A stretch of 63,936 nucleotides of DNA, filler included, from Octopus bimaculoides (GCF_001194135.2; 15 parts of 10 records of this genome joined end to end with filler, not necessarily neighbours in it), one strand, 5' to 3'. Numbered from the whole stretch's first letter, positions 50,263-63,878 are shown. Notes: generated by a model from the sequence alone, not told the origin. Made by a program: numbers and translations.

Positions 50263-52330
50263 GTGTTCTCCTATCTTTTATTCGTTTCAGTCACTGGACT
50301 GCGGCCATACTGGAGCACTGCCTTGAAGAGTTTTAGTCAAACATATCGACACCATTTCTCATTTTTAAGTTTGGGTACTTATTCTATCAACCACTTTGCT
50401 GAACCGCTAAGTTATGAGGATGTTAACAAACCAACACCGCTTTTTAAGTCGTAATGGGACACACAGAAAACACGTATACATATGTATATGACAGCCTCCA
50501 CACACTTCCGTCTACCAAATTCGCTCTCGAAGTACTAGTCATTGCAGGGCTATTGTTGAAGACACTCGTCCAATGTGTCACGCAGCCATATCTTCACCTA
50601 TTGCAGATTTTGCTCTTGAAGGTAAATAGCTTAGTGGTTAGGGTGTTGGACTCACGATCATAAAGTTGTAGGTTCGATATCTGCACCGGTCGGAGAGTTG
50701 TGTCTTGAACAAGGAACTTTATGTCACGTTGCTCCAGTTTATTCAGCTGTACATGAGTATCCAACCTAGTATTAGTGGAGCCCCCCCACTCTCTCTAGCA
50801 GTCTCATCCCAGCTACTCCGTAGAGTCAAGAGTAAGGGACCGAGAGGGTTCCTACATCTGCTCACGATTACTTGGGCTCGTAAAACAATTAGTGAAAGTA
50901 TGGTACATGTCACCATACAAGAACACGCTTGCGGGTGACGGTTGGTTGTGCTGTTATTAAATGATACACTTTTTAAAAGGAAGTTTTGAAGATGTTGAAT
51001 CAACGGTACCCAAGAGATATAAAGCCATCGGGCATGAGGGACACCCAGCTGCTATCACAGCATCCTTCTAAAAGAAGGACACTCTGATGAAAAATTTGCA
51101 GTGTCACACTTTAGCCTGTCATTAAATATTTATCACGCAGACTTAGAGAGTGGTACTCGTGCTGTTGAAGCATTTATGAATATAATCCAATAGTATCTTC
51201 GTTTGTCATTCTATCCACTAAAAGCGTTAAGGTGGTGGAAAAGTTGTCACGTGTGCAGACCAAACCAGTGAGAAGGTTTCAACTTCAGTTCGAAAACCTT
51301 TGAAACTTTGATACAGGAACACTCTGTCCCACAATGTAACCTGATCAATCCGGCGAAAGCTACAACTTTTGATTGACATGTATGCTTCAAACCATGTAAA
51401 CCTGCAGTGAGACTGAATAATTATCGGAGGTCGACTTTAACGTACAGATTATTTAATTCATTTTTCCTAACTAAACACTTTCAAACTTCCGATACTGGTA
51501 GAATGTGTCACATAAAACAGAGTTATTCTTAATGTTTTTGACAAAATTTAGTATCTTAGAAGCGGTATTTCATCTGTCTTTACGTTCTGAGTTCAAATTC
51601 TGCCGAGGTCAACTTTGCCTTTCATCCATTTCGGACGTACAGATTTTTTAATTAATTTTTTTTTAACTAAACACTTTCAAACTTCCGATACTGGTAGAAT
51701 GTGCCACAAAGAACAGGGTTTATTCTTAACGTTTTTGACAAAATTTTGTATTTTAGAAGTTATTTCGTCTCAAGTTGCAGAGTGACAATGGATAAATTCG
51801 TGTTTGATAAGTGCCAATGCATGAAACTCTCAGCTTTTGACTTACTCTATAACTTCTGCCGATGATATATATACATATTACATATATGTGTAAAAAAAAT
51901 CTCATCACGCAACCAAACCACTGAGAGAGCCTCTGCCTGGTCGCTCGACACGCTAAAAATAGCAGCCAATGTATCCCCTACCTAGATCACACGCCCATTG
52001 TATGTAATGTCCTAGATTATCCCTAAAAAGACGGTTTGCTGAAGGCTGGAATGTCTTTGATGATACGTTTGCAGTATCAGGGTTGATTTGAGGCTAAATA
52101 ACAACAATATTATGGTAATTTTCTATATTAACAGCCACACGATTTTCACTAAGAAAAACAAATTTGATTTTTTGCGTGGAAACAAGTACCCTGACCTACT
52201 AATNNNNNNNNNNNNNNNNNNNNNNNNNNNNNNNNNNNNNNNNNNNNTTAATTAATTAANNNNNNNNNNNNNNNNNNNNNNNNNNNNNNNNNNNNNNNNN
52301 NNNATGATGATGATGATGATGATGATGATG

Positions 52331-52445
<115 letters not shown>

Positions 52446-52454
52446 CAACAACAA

Positions 52455-52645
52455 CCAGAATCCTTGTCCGGTACCGGATCGATCCCAAAATCTAATCAGT
52501 TCGTGCCAGTCACGAGGCTAAACATCTCTGAAAGTTTCACCCGAGTCCATTCAGCGGTTCTTGAGATATCTTGTCCACGGACAAACAGCAAACAAACAAA
52601 CACGACTGAAACAATACCTCCGCCTTCGCTAAGGCGGAAGTAATA
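52455..52645. mobile_element. Truncated Helentron/HINE-like element
   Basis: Homologous to 53384-53581; ends in the hairpin CCTCCGCCTTCGCTAAGGCGGAAG, preceded by an (AAAC)n tract. Confidence 0.6.
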
Positions 52646-53202
52646 ACAGCTCCAGATAATGGCTCAACATCAGATAATGGCTTCAGTTCCAGATAATAGG
52701 ACAGCATCAGATAATGGCTCTTATGTCTTCTGACCTTAACTGTGTTATGTACATGTTTGTCTTAGTGTAAATATGAGCTACTGTAAATTCGCTGCTCAAT
52801 ACAGCAGATTCGCTTGTTAGTTGCTTGATGCTAACCGGTGGGCAGGTACCATAATCATTGGCAATGTGATCAAGAGTGAGCGTAGTAAGGAAGTATCATA
52901 GCCATGTGTTGAGGGAAATTCTTTGGGGTTTGAATATCTCGCCTCTGGAAACATGGGTGTTTCGTTCATGAAATTTAAACAACCCTTATTCAAAGACCCT
53001 TTGAGCAAGATCAACTACTAAATTTGAAGAAAATTCTAACTGGGCCTCACCTGCAAGGTAATGCGCGGTTGATCTTGACATGAAGTTACCATGTCCCCCA
53101 AATGTTATACATGTGCCTGGTGTACCCTTTTCTGGCGAGTAGTCATGATGGGCATATTAGGCTTCGATGGCGTGCACAGCTCTCTCACTCAATAATAATA
53201 AT

Positions 53203-53581
53203 AACAAGAGCACTCAGAGGGTACAAAACCCCGCCAAGGTAACATCAGCATCCTCTTAACGATTAGTCGGAGATGATTTTTAAAAGGAGAATATCTGAAA
53301 TAAACTCGACTGCTCTCAAAAACGAGAATATTAAAAATGAACCTGACCGCTATCAAAAATTAAGTGAAAAAAAAATAGGAGAAATAATCCAGAGTCCTTG
53401 TCTGGTATCGGATAAATCCCAAAATCTAAGTCAGTTTGTGCCAGTCACGAGGCCAAACATCCCTGAAAGTTTCATCCGAATCCATCCAGCGGTTCTTGAG
53501 GTATCTTGTCCATGACCAAATAAACAAACCAACAAACACGACTAAAAACAATTTCCCCGCCTTCGCTAAGGCAGAGGTAAT
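53203..53581. mobile_element. Apparently complete Helentron/HINE-like element
   Basis: One end is AACAAGAGCACTCAGAG...CCCGCCAAGG and the other is CCCGCCTTCGCTAAGGCAGAGGTAAT, with an internal (AAAC)n tract; sits between (AAT)n and (GAT)n. Confidence 0.6.
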
Positions 53582-53588
53582 GATAATA

Positions 53589-53650
<62 letters not shown>

Positions 53651-53651
53651 A

Positions 53652-53684
<33 letters not shown>

Positions 53685-53699
53685 CTGATGATGATGATA

Positions 53700-53742
<43 letters not shown>
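53578..53742. repeat. (GAT)n microsatellite
   Basis: Long GAT run; source of the poly-M/H/S ORFs. Confidence 0.97.
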
Positions 53743-53743
<1 letters not shown>

Positions 53744-54174
53744 AGTAATAATAATAACTGCAACAACAACTATAAAACGGTAGTAACAATGACAACAAAG
53801 CAGTGTGCATCGTTAACAACAATAATGAAAAAGAGATGGGAGAAAGAAGAGAGAAAGAGAGAGAGGAGGAGGAGGAGGAGCAAGAGAAAAAGAACCAAAA
53901 GAGGCATGGGAGAGATGGCTATAAAAGAAGGGGTGGGATAATAATGTGGGAGGAGTAGAAGTAGGAGGAGAAAGAGAGCGTGTTGCATTATGTGTTTTGA
54001 CAAAGGGCCACGTGGAGGGGCTGTTTCTGATTTGTGACATGATACAACAGCCAGAAGGTGTGTTCGGGTAACATTTAAGGGCCGGGGGTTTGTCAACCAT
54101 TCAATAGAAGAACAATGGAAACGACGGAGAAGGAACGGTTTGAAAGAGATTAAGGAGTAATAAAAAAAGAATAC

Positions 54175-54247
<73 letters not shown>

Positions 54248-54350
54248 TGAAGATATCATAAGTGTCTGTCTTTCACATCCTCTCTCTCTCCCTCTTCCTC
54301 CTCTCTCACATACAAACGCACAGACACATAGACAGACAGACAAACACACT

Positions 54351-54393
<43 letters not shown>

Positions 54394-54963
54394 GTAAGTA
54401 CACTAGCAGTTGAGCTGATTAAACCCTCATGAATTACACAGTTCTCCCACCGTCTACAGCGTTAAACTATTGCTGCCCGACCAGCCAGCCTACTAGAAAT
54501 AACAACCAAATCACTTTTAGTAAATCTGATTGAGTCATACCAGAGTTGTTCCTTTCCAAGATCAGAAAAACTCAGCCTGTACTCATAACAAGAAAACACT
54601 ATCCGTCCACCTGTCCAAGTATGAGCGGGGATCCGGTGCAGCTGAAAAGCTCATTTTGCAGTCACGTGGTTTTGGGTCCAGTCCCTTGGGTAAGCGTCCT
54701 CTTCTATAGCCTGGACCAACTAATGCCTTGCGAGTCAATTTGGACGGAGTACATATATATACATATAGATAATCGCGTTGTTGACATTATTGTGGTCGTC
54801 CGTGAAATTTCTTGTGTGTGTGTGGACGGCCACAACAATGTCAACAACGCGATTAACGACAGCAGCAGCAGCGGCGGTGACAACATTGGCAATAACAGCA
54901 ACAGCTACCACAATGGGCGAACACACATACTCTGGAATACAGGAACTGTACCATATTTTCGGA

Positions 54964-55016
<53 letters not shown>

Positions 55017-55137
55017 ATATATATATATATATATATANNNNNNNNNNNNNNNNNNNNNNNNNNNNNNNNNNNNNNNNNNNNTTAATTAATTAANNNNNNN
55101 NNNNNNNNNNNNNNNNNNNNNNNNNNNNNNNNNNNNN

Positions 55138-55170
<33 letters not shown>

Positions 55171-55354
55171 CATGTGACATATATATGCCAACATACACTG
55201 ATATGCATTTGCATATATGTGTTTGGGTGGGTGTGCGTACATGTATGGTAGTGTGAATGTATTAATGTATAGCAGTGTGTGTGTATTTTCATGTATATAC
55301 GTATTTAACTTGTATGAGTGTATATTTGTCTATTTCCATGTATCATTATATGTC

Positions 55355-55575
55355 TGGTGGAAGAGCGTGGCTTAGTGGATAGGATGTTGTGCCCATGATA
55401 CTAGTCGTGGTTTCAACTCCTTCACTGGGTGATGCGGCGTGTCCTTTCGCCAAATATTTCATTTTTCTTTGCTCCAGTTCACTCAGCTAGCATAATTTAG
55501 TAATCCTGCTACGGATTTACTTTCCATCCAGGTGATACTTGGAATATATACACCACAAAATCCAGAAAACCATCC
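55355..55575 (+). mobile_element. Old tRNA-headed SINE relic
   Basis: Box A-like gtggcttagtgg and box B-like ggtttcaactcc, followed by a gctccagttcactcagct core. Confidence 0.5.
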
Positions 55576-56656
55576 TTGATTTGATTACGATTATACATTT
55601 GAGTGATTTCCGTGTTTGTTTGTTTGTTAGTTAGTTAGTTTGTTTGTTTGTTTATATGTATGTACATGTGTGTGTGTTGGCATAAAGTGAATGAGTTTTT
55701 AACCTAATTCTTTTGTAAACATGTAAATTCTACAACTAAATATATAGGAGCCTTTCAAATACTAATCGCTAAGATAACTGCATTGAGTGATTCGTAGCTA
55801 CTTATATACTTACATTCTCATTACTCTTACTATCCCACCCCCTTTGCGACAATTCTTTTTATGAAATTATATATCTCTCTGATTATTTATATAAAGTCTT
55901 CTCATAGTATATTTGTACTTTTAACGTGTACTTTTAGGTAGGTTAATATATTTCGATCTTTAAATTCTAAGATAGTGGTTTCAAGAGTCAAATAAAGTAC
56001 CAAGCCAGGTAAAATGGAGCATCGATACGCGAAATTGTAATTTATTGCTCAAACCACGGAGTTGCATTACAGAGTTGTGACATTTTCATTGCCACGGCTT
56101 ATAATATTAGAGAGAGAAGCTCCGTCTAGTACTCATCTTCCTTAATATACAAATATATACGCAGAAGGTGATATGGTCATCAATGCATTTGCATCATGCT
56201 CTCTGAATAGTGAAGAACGACAGCTTCAATGAACAGTTAAAATGACTAAATGTGATCCTCAACACCATATATGTGGCTTCTGCAAAAAGCACACCATGAT
56301 GCCACAGTTCATTGTACGGTTTTATTGATTCTCCGTTTATGCACGTGATGGACTTTAAATTGAGAGATATTTGACGTCTGCATTGAGCAACTCGAGACAG
56401 AAACTGGAAGTTATTTTTACATTCTCCTCAATTTACACATGTGATAATCACTAAATCGATTGCGATATGGCTGTTACAATGATCAGGTTAAAACCATATA
56501 ACAGACTTATGCTCTCTAGTTCATGTGGTCATGAGTGAGAAAAATTTGGCTGATATAGAAAGAAGGTTAAAATTCCTAAGTATATAGTTTCTCTACATAT
56601 CATATCATCATCTATTTGTAGACATTATTGCATGTCTTTATATATATACAGAGAGG

Positions 56657-56696
<40 letters not shown>

Positions 56697-57217
56697 GAGA
56701 GAGAGAGAGAATAAAGGAGAAAAGCTTTCGCTTTTATATTAATAACTATGAAAGACTGGTGGGAATATTATCTGTATGGACTTCAAGGGCGAGGTCGCTA
56801 TTTCGTTACATATTTTAGGAGTTAGTTATAGGTTTACTTATTGAATGTATTTACTGATACTGTTTTCGTACATTGGCTAAATGTGTTTGTTTTTTGTAGC
56901 TTAATTAATGACGTTAGTGTGTAATCCTTCCGAGAATTAAGACTGAATGAATGTCGTACTATCTAAGGTATGTTTATTCCCGAACAACACTTATTTTAGC
57001 ACTGTTGACAGCACTGGATTGAATGGTATACTGCCCAGGTGTCGAAACCATAGTCATATCCGTGGGGCAGCTGATGATGGAGGTATGTTGGATTGTTGGT
57101 ATAACTGTTATTGTATGTGCGGAATAGTTTTATAAGAAATCCATTTGATATATATATATGTGTTTGTGTGTGTGTGTGTGAGTGTGTGTGTGTGTGTATT
57201 TGTGTGCATGTGCGTGA

Positions 57218-57249
<32 letters not shown>

Positions 57250-57257
57250 CATACATA

Positions 57258-57289
<32 letters not shown>

Positions 57290-57527
57290 NNNNNNNNNNN
57301 NNNNNNNNNNNNNNNNNNNNNNNNNNNNNNNNNNNNNNNNNNNNNNNNNNNNNNNNNNNNNNNNNNNNNNNNNNNNNNNNNNNNNNNNNNNNNNNNNNNN
57401 NNNNNNNNNNNNNNNNNNNNNNNNNNNNNNNNNNNNNNNNNNNNNNNNNNNNNNNNNNNNNNNNNNNNNNNNNNNNNNNNNNNNNNNNNNNNNNNNNNNN
57501 NNNNNNNNNNNNNNNNNNNNNNNNNNN

Positions 57528-57572
<45 letters not shown>

Positions 57573-58675
57573 TAGGTATTATAATGACCTGATCACGAGT
57601 TCTAAACACAAAATACCCCTACACATTTGCTTCTCAAAATATAGAGGTTCACTACGTTGGAAGGAATGCATTCATTTCGAATACAATATTGTCGACACCA
57701 CGCTATACAAAATCATAATTAGGAATAGAGTATATATAATTAATAATATCATGCATTATGTGTGTGTATATTTGTATTGCTTTATACATTGTTTTATATT
57801 GTTCTATACTTTGCCCACATGTGAAATGATGATACAAATAATATTTTTGTCATTTCTATGGTTATTAATATAGTGGTTTCTGTTCTTTTAGCTCGTGTTG
57901 TTGCTGACATTGTTTGATGCTCTTTTCGTTATTAAAAAATAGTAAACTTGGCAAAGCAAATCACAATAGTCCGGAAGAGTCAAGGCTACCAATATTAGCA
58001 TTGTGGAGTAGTGGAGATGAATAAACATTAATGATAATAGTAATTCTAAATGAAATATATAACAAAATACCATGTAACTTCTGTAACTATTGAGCACTCC
58101 GGATAAGCGGGTAGCAGATCTAAATGTCCCTGAAAAAAAATTACATCTCGCTTTTGTTGTTACGTAATTGTCTCTGATGATAGAGAAAGTTATAGTGTTT
58201 AAAGTAAAGGCAAATAATTATTCTTAAAATAAACAAAATATTCTTTTAAAAAATGTAATATTTTACTAATTGAAACAAAAGTAAATAGCATTACGTCAAC
58301 ATAAAAATGGAAGAATTTCAAAACTATTTGTTTTTTTATGTATTTCATTTTTTTTTGTTGCTTTTCCTTTTTTTTTTCATCTTTGGTTGTTCTAATCCTC
58401 TTTTCTCCGTTTGTCTTTGGTTCTTTCGTTCTTTGAGGTTATTCATACATTTATTAAAGAGTTTTTTTTAAGGATTTTGATGGTTATTTTTGTGTTTCTT
58501 TTTTATTCCAGTCTTTCAGATAAAATGTCTTAGTACAAAAATTGATTTTATAAACAAACATTTTTCATGCAATGCNNNNNNNNNNNNNNNNNNNNNNNNN
58601 NNNNNNNNNNNNNNNNNNNTTAATTAATTAANNNNNNNNNNNNNNNNNNNNNNNNNNNNNNNNNNNNNNNNNNNN

Positions 58676-61028
58676 GTAACAATCTACTTCCAGAAGAAAA
58701 GAAAGGATGCAGGAAACAAAGTAGGGCAACAAAGAATCACTTATTAGCTGATAAAATGATAATTCGAAATTGTAGCCGCAGATTGACGGGAGTGAATGTA
58801 GCATGGCTAGATTACAAAAAAGCATATGACACGGTACCACAGTTAGATAAGTAAAACAATGAGCATGTTTGGAATAACAAAAGAAATGGAGAAAAAAAGC
58901 TTAATAAAAGTATGAAACATTGGAATTGCTCGGAGGAAACAAAAACTCGAAAAAGTGAACATCAGACGTGGAATAATCCAAGGTGGTAGCTTATCTCCAT
59001 TACTGTTCGTATTGGTCATGACTCCACTTACTACGAAAAGTTAAAATTGCTTACGATTTGGGAAAAGAAGACGGTCAGATAAATAATTTCCTTTTCATGG
59101 ATGATATAAAGGTTTGTGCGAAAAATGAGAAGCAGCTTGAAAGTCTTGTACATACTAACCACATTTTTTCAAGTAATGTAGGTGTAGAATTTGGGAGAGA
59201 AAAGTGCGCTATATTGAAAATGAAACCAGGAAGATTTAAAAAGAAGCCAGGAAATTAGAATGCCAAATGGGCAAGTAATGAAAGCGGTCGAGAAAGTACA
59301 GTGGTATAAGTACTTGGAGTGGAGGCGCAATGGCCCAGTGGTTAGGGCAGTGGACTCGCGGTCATAGGATCGCGGTTTCGATTCCCAGACCGGGTGTTGT
59401 GAGTGTTTATTGAGCGAAAACACCTAAAGTTCCACGAGGCTCCGGCAGGGGATGGTGGCGAACTCTGCTGTACTCTTTCACCACAACTTTCTCTCACTCT
59501 TACTTCCTGTTTCTGTTGTGCCTGTAATTCAAAGGGTCAGCCTTGTCACACAGTGTCACGCTGAATATCCCCCGTGAACTACGTTAAGGGTACACGTGTC
59601 TGTGGAGTGCTCAGCCACTTGCACGTTAATTTCACGAGCAGGCTGTTCCGTTGATCGGATCAACTGGAACCCTCGACGTCGTAAGCGATGGAGTGCCAAC
59701 AACAATACAATAAGTACTTGGGAATACTGGAAGCAGACGAAATAAAAGACAAAGAAATGAAACAAATTACCAGTAGGGAGTACATAAGGAGCGTAAGAAA
59801 ATTATTGCAGTCAAAGTTGAATTCCAAAAAGCTTACTGAAGCAATAAATTCAAGAGCAGTACCCTTAATCAGATATGGAGCTGAAGTGACTGACCGGACC
59901 AAAACGATATAAACTTGACAGGAAAACTAGGAAGTTGTTGACGATGTATGGAGCCCACCATCCGAAAGCTGATATCAACCGGTTGTACTTGAGGAGAGAC
60001 CAGGGTGGAAGAGGCCTAATAGCAGTAGAAGAATGTGTACAGATGGAAAGAAAAAGCCTAGTAGAGTATTTACAGGGCAGCACAGTAAAACTACTAAAAA
60101 CAAATACAGAACAGGTGATGAAGCGCATAATAGGAGGAAAGGACAAGAATGAAAAAGAGAGCACGTCAGACAAATCGAAGAGAAATCTCTGCATGGCCAG
60201 TTTGGGAAAACCGTTGAAGACGTATGTGGAACAAAATCCTTAGTTTGGTTAGAAAAAAAAGGGGCAATTAAAAAAGAAATAGAGATCCTAATTGTAGTAG
60301 CCCAAGATCGAGCGATAGAAACAAACAACTTTAGAAAAATATATATGGAGAGAATGTGTCAGAAAAATGTAGAGCTTATGGAACTCGGAACGAGACGGTA
60401 GCACACACTGTGGCAGAATACCCCAAGTTGGCACAAGAAGAATATAAGAAATGGGGGGAACGACCAGGTTGTAAAAGTTATACACTGGAAACTGTGCCAG
60501 AAATGGGAGTTTGAAACTGGACACCTATGGTACAATCATCGAGTCGAAAGAGTACTGGAGTCGGAGAAATGTAAGATTTTGTGGGACCTTCCTATTCAAT
60601 AATAGATCAGGCGTAATAATTATAGATAAAGAAAAGTGAAGTTGTTTACTTAACGATCCGTCATGCTCGTTTGATTCCAGGATCGTAAAGAAAGAGGAAG
60701 AAAAACAAAAGAAATACACCCCCTTAAAATTTGAAATAGGAAGAATTTGGAGCATGCGAACAGTAAAGATCGTCGCTATAATAATTGGTGCGTTGGGAAC
60801 AATAAGCAAAGATATAGACAAATGGCTGAAGAAGGTTGAAATAGAAAGCCCGATAGAGGTCCGACAGATAGTTTGTCTCTTGGGGACAGCAAGGGTTATC
60901 AGGAGGGTTGTAAGCACTTGAAAAACTGCTGAAAACTTGTGAACACCTAAGGTTACAGGTAGAAGCCCATTACCCGCATAAATCTTACTGGAAATAAGAC
61001 CGAACCTGATTCAAACCAAAATAATAAT
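58676..61028 (+). mobile_element. Dong/R4-clade retrotransposon: RT, CCHC and REL endonuclease through the 3' end
   Basis: Reads WLDYKKAYD, FMDDIK, KYLGILE, LYLRRDQGGRGL, a decayed CCHC region, KILWDLPIQ and IIIGALGTISK...LLGTARVIRRVVST* (stop 60919-60921); the 3' UTR ends in AATAATAAT. Confidence 0.92.
59318..59709 (+). mobile_element. SINE family B, full length, with a 12-bp TSD, nested in the Dong RT
   Basis: TSD ATAAGTACTTGG at 59306-59317 and 59710-59721; tRNA-like head ggcccagtggttagg...ggtttcgattcc; (AAC)n tail. Confidence 0.95.
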
Positions 61029-61394
61029 TTTCGCATTTCCCAGTGGTGGTCTCTGGTGGGATGAAGTTAAAATGATAGACAGAGAACACCATTGTAAAAT
61101 ACGAAGCAGAAAATATGTCAGGACACAGTAAAATCCTAAGCAGACCTAGTGCAGATATGAATGTAATATGGGAACCAGTATTAAGAAAAGATAAAATATT
61201 AGGTTTATAAGCCCTAAAATTCACTCTATAATTGCCTACGAGCATATAGCGTAGTGGATAAGAGCGCGGGTTATTAACCCTCGGATTTTGAGTTCAATCC
61301 AAAGCATGGACTTGGGAAATGATATCAACAGAAAAATAACATCAATAATAATGTGTTAGGAATGAGAACAGAGTACCCAATTAGTCAAACAAAA

Positions 61395-61560
61395 GGTTGG
61401 GTTCAAAATTCCGACAGAACACCTGATGAAGTCTGGAGAGTACGTCAGCCGAAACGTTGTGGTAACAACAAACAAGGTGAGGACACATATCCGTCAAATG
61501 TAAATAATGTATCAGATAAATACTGCGTGTATTTAATTGAAAAAAGATGACCATCTCTAA
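61395..61560 (+). mobile_element. Probable Penelope-type terminal repeat with a hammerhead-like core
   Basis: CTGATGA (61423-61429), an imperfect stem GTCTG/CAGCC and GAAAC (61451-61455). Confidence 0.45.
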
Positions 61561-61620
61561 GTATAACAATACCTATTTCAACAGATATTTTCAGATCAAG
61601 TTTTGCAAAGCAAAATACAT

Positions 61621-61675
<55 letters not shown>

Positions 61676-61775
61676 NNNNNNNNNNNNNNNNNNNNNNNNN
61701 NNNNNNNNNNNNNNNNNNNTTAATTAATTAANNNNNNNNNNNNNNNNNNNNNNNNNNNNNNNNNNNNNNNNNNNN

Positions 61776-62690
61776 TATGTGTGAAGTGTGCAGCATTATA
61801 TACATCATTACATGTTGTATGTGGGCAGTATTGTGCAGCTACATTTGTTGTATGTATGCAATATGATGCATCGGTGAGGTAGCAAGCTGGCGGTGTCATT
61901 AATATGCTGGGCAGCATTTTGCCCATCTTTATATATTCTGAGTTCAAAATTTGCTGAGGTTGACTTTGCCTTTTAATCCTTTCAATGAATATATATATAT
62001 TATACCTCACTGCATGTTGCATGTATGCACTACTGTACAGTCATGATGTTGTGCATGAGCAACATTGTACATCAATACTTGTTGCATGTATGCAGTATTG
62101 TGCATAAATGTTGTGTTCGTGTGCAGTATTATGTGCATCAATGCATATTCTGTGCAAGTAGTCTAATGCATCAGTGCATGTTGTGAGGGCTGTGTGCATG
62201 AATGCATGTTGTGTGTATGCAGAGTTGTACATCAATGTGCATTGTATGTGAGCAATATTATACAACAGTGTACATAGTATGCAGTGTTATATACATCACA
62301 GTCTGTTGTGTGCATGCACAGTGTTACACATCACTGCATATTATATATACACTGTGTTATATGCATCAGAGTGTGTTGCATGTGCAGTGTTATATGTCAG
62401 TGTGTGTTGCATGCAAGTAGTGTTATATGCAACACTGCATGTTGTATGAATGCAGTATTATTCATCAATGCATGTTGTATGCAGGTAGTATTTTATGCAA
62501 TACTGCATGTTGTGTGTGTGCACTGTTGTACAGTAATGCATGATTTATGCATGCAGAATTATGCATCAACACATGTCATGTGAGCACTATTGTGCATCAT
62601 CATGTATGTGAGCAGTGTGCAGTATTGTACATGAATGTATGTTCTATGTATGCATTATTATGCATCAATGCATGTTCTATGGAAGCAATG
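61776..62690. repeat. Degenerate tandem repeat rich in TGCA/ATGT, unit about 30 bp
   Basis: Recurrent tgcatgttgtatgtatgcagtattgtgcatcaa variants, interrupted by SINE C pieces. Confidence 0.7.
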
Positions 62691-62910
62691 TCTTATGCCA
62701 CAAAGGTGACAAGCTGGCAGAATCATTGCTGCGCTGGACAAAATACTTAGCTGCTTCTCTTATGGCCTTCTGCATTCTGAGTTCAAATGCTGCCAAAGTC
62801 AGTGTTGCTTNNNNNNNNNNNNNNNNNNNNNNNNNNNNNNNNNNNNNNNNNNNNTTAATTAATTAANNNNNNNNNNNNNNNNNNNNNNNNNNNNNNNNNN
62901 NNNNNNNNNN

Positions 62911-62953
<43 letters not shown>

Positions 62954-63403
62954 TACATAAATATATATATAGATAGATAGATTCATAGATAGATAGATAT
63001 AGATATATAGATATGTATATATATGTATGTATATATGTATATGTTTGTATATATATGTGTGTATATATATATATATATATTGGTTTGGCATATTTCAACA
63101 GCCAGCATCATTTAGGTTTCCCAGACCACCACTGCCAAGTTTAAATACCATCATTATCAACACCAGCATCACCGTCAACACCACCACCACCGCCGCCGCT
63201 GCCGCCCTCACCATAACTACCGAAAGCCATTCTGACCTCGACCTTGACCTCGACCTCCACGCCACTATCACTGACTCAGGGTAACCAGAGCAAAATCTCA
63301 TTAGACACCAAAGTACTGCATTATTATTAAACATGTTTTTTATTATTATTGTTTTTGGATGTGTTTTTGTGTTTGTTTTCTTTCTTTCTTTCTTTCTTTC
63401 TTT

Positions 63404-63435
<32 letters not shown>

Positions 63436-63878
63436 TCGTCTTTTTACGACTTTAAAAACTATTTGTCTGATATCTTTTCACACTTCTGTCTTCGGTCAAT
63501 GTCTCGTAAACACACACACACACACACGCACACACTTTCTCTCTAGTATTTACACATACACACACACGCACACACACACGCACGCACACACACACACACA
63601 CACACATACACACACACTTTCTGCTTCTCTCAGTTACACACACACACACGCTCTTTCTCTTTCTCCCTTACACGCACGTGCGCACACACACACTCTTTCT
63701 CTCTCTTATTTACACACACAAGCACACACTTTTTCCTTCTCTCATTTACACACACACATACACTCTTTCTCTCTCACACGCACGCACACACACACACACA
63801 CTTTCTCCCTCTTACTTACACGCACACACACACATACACACATTCACGCACATACATTGTTTTCCTATCACACACGCA

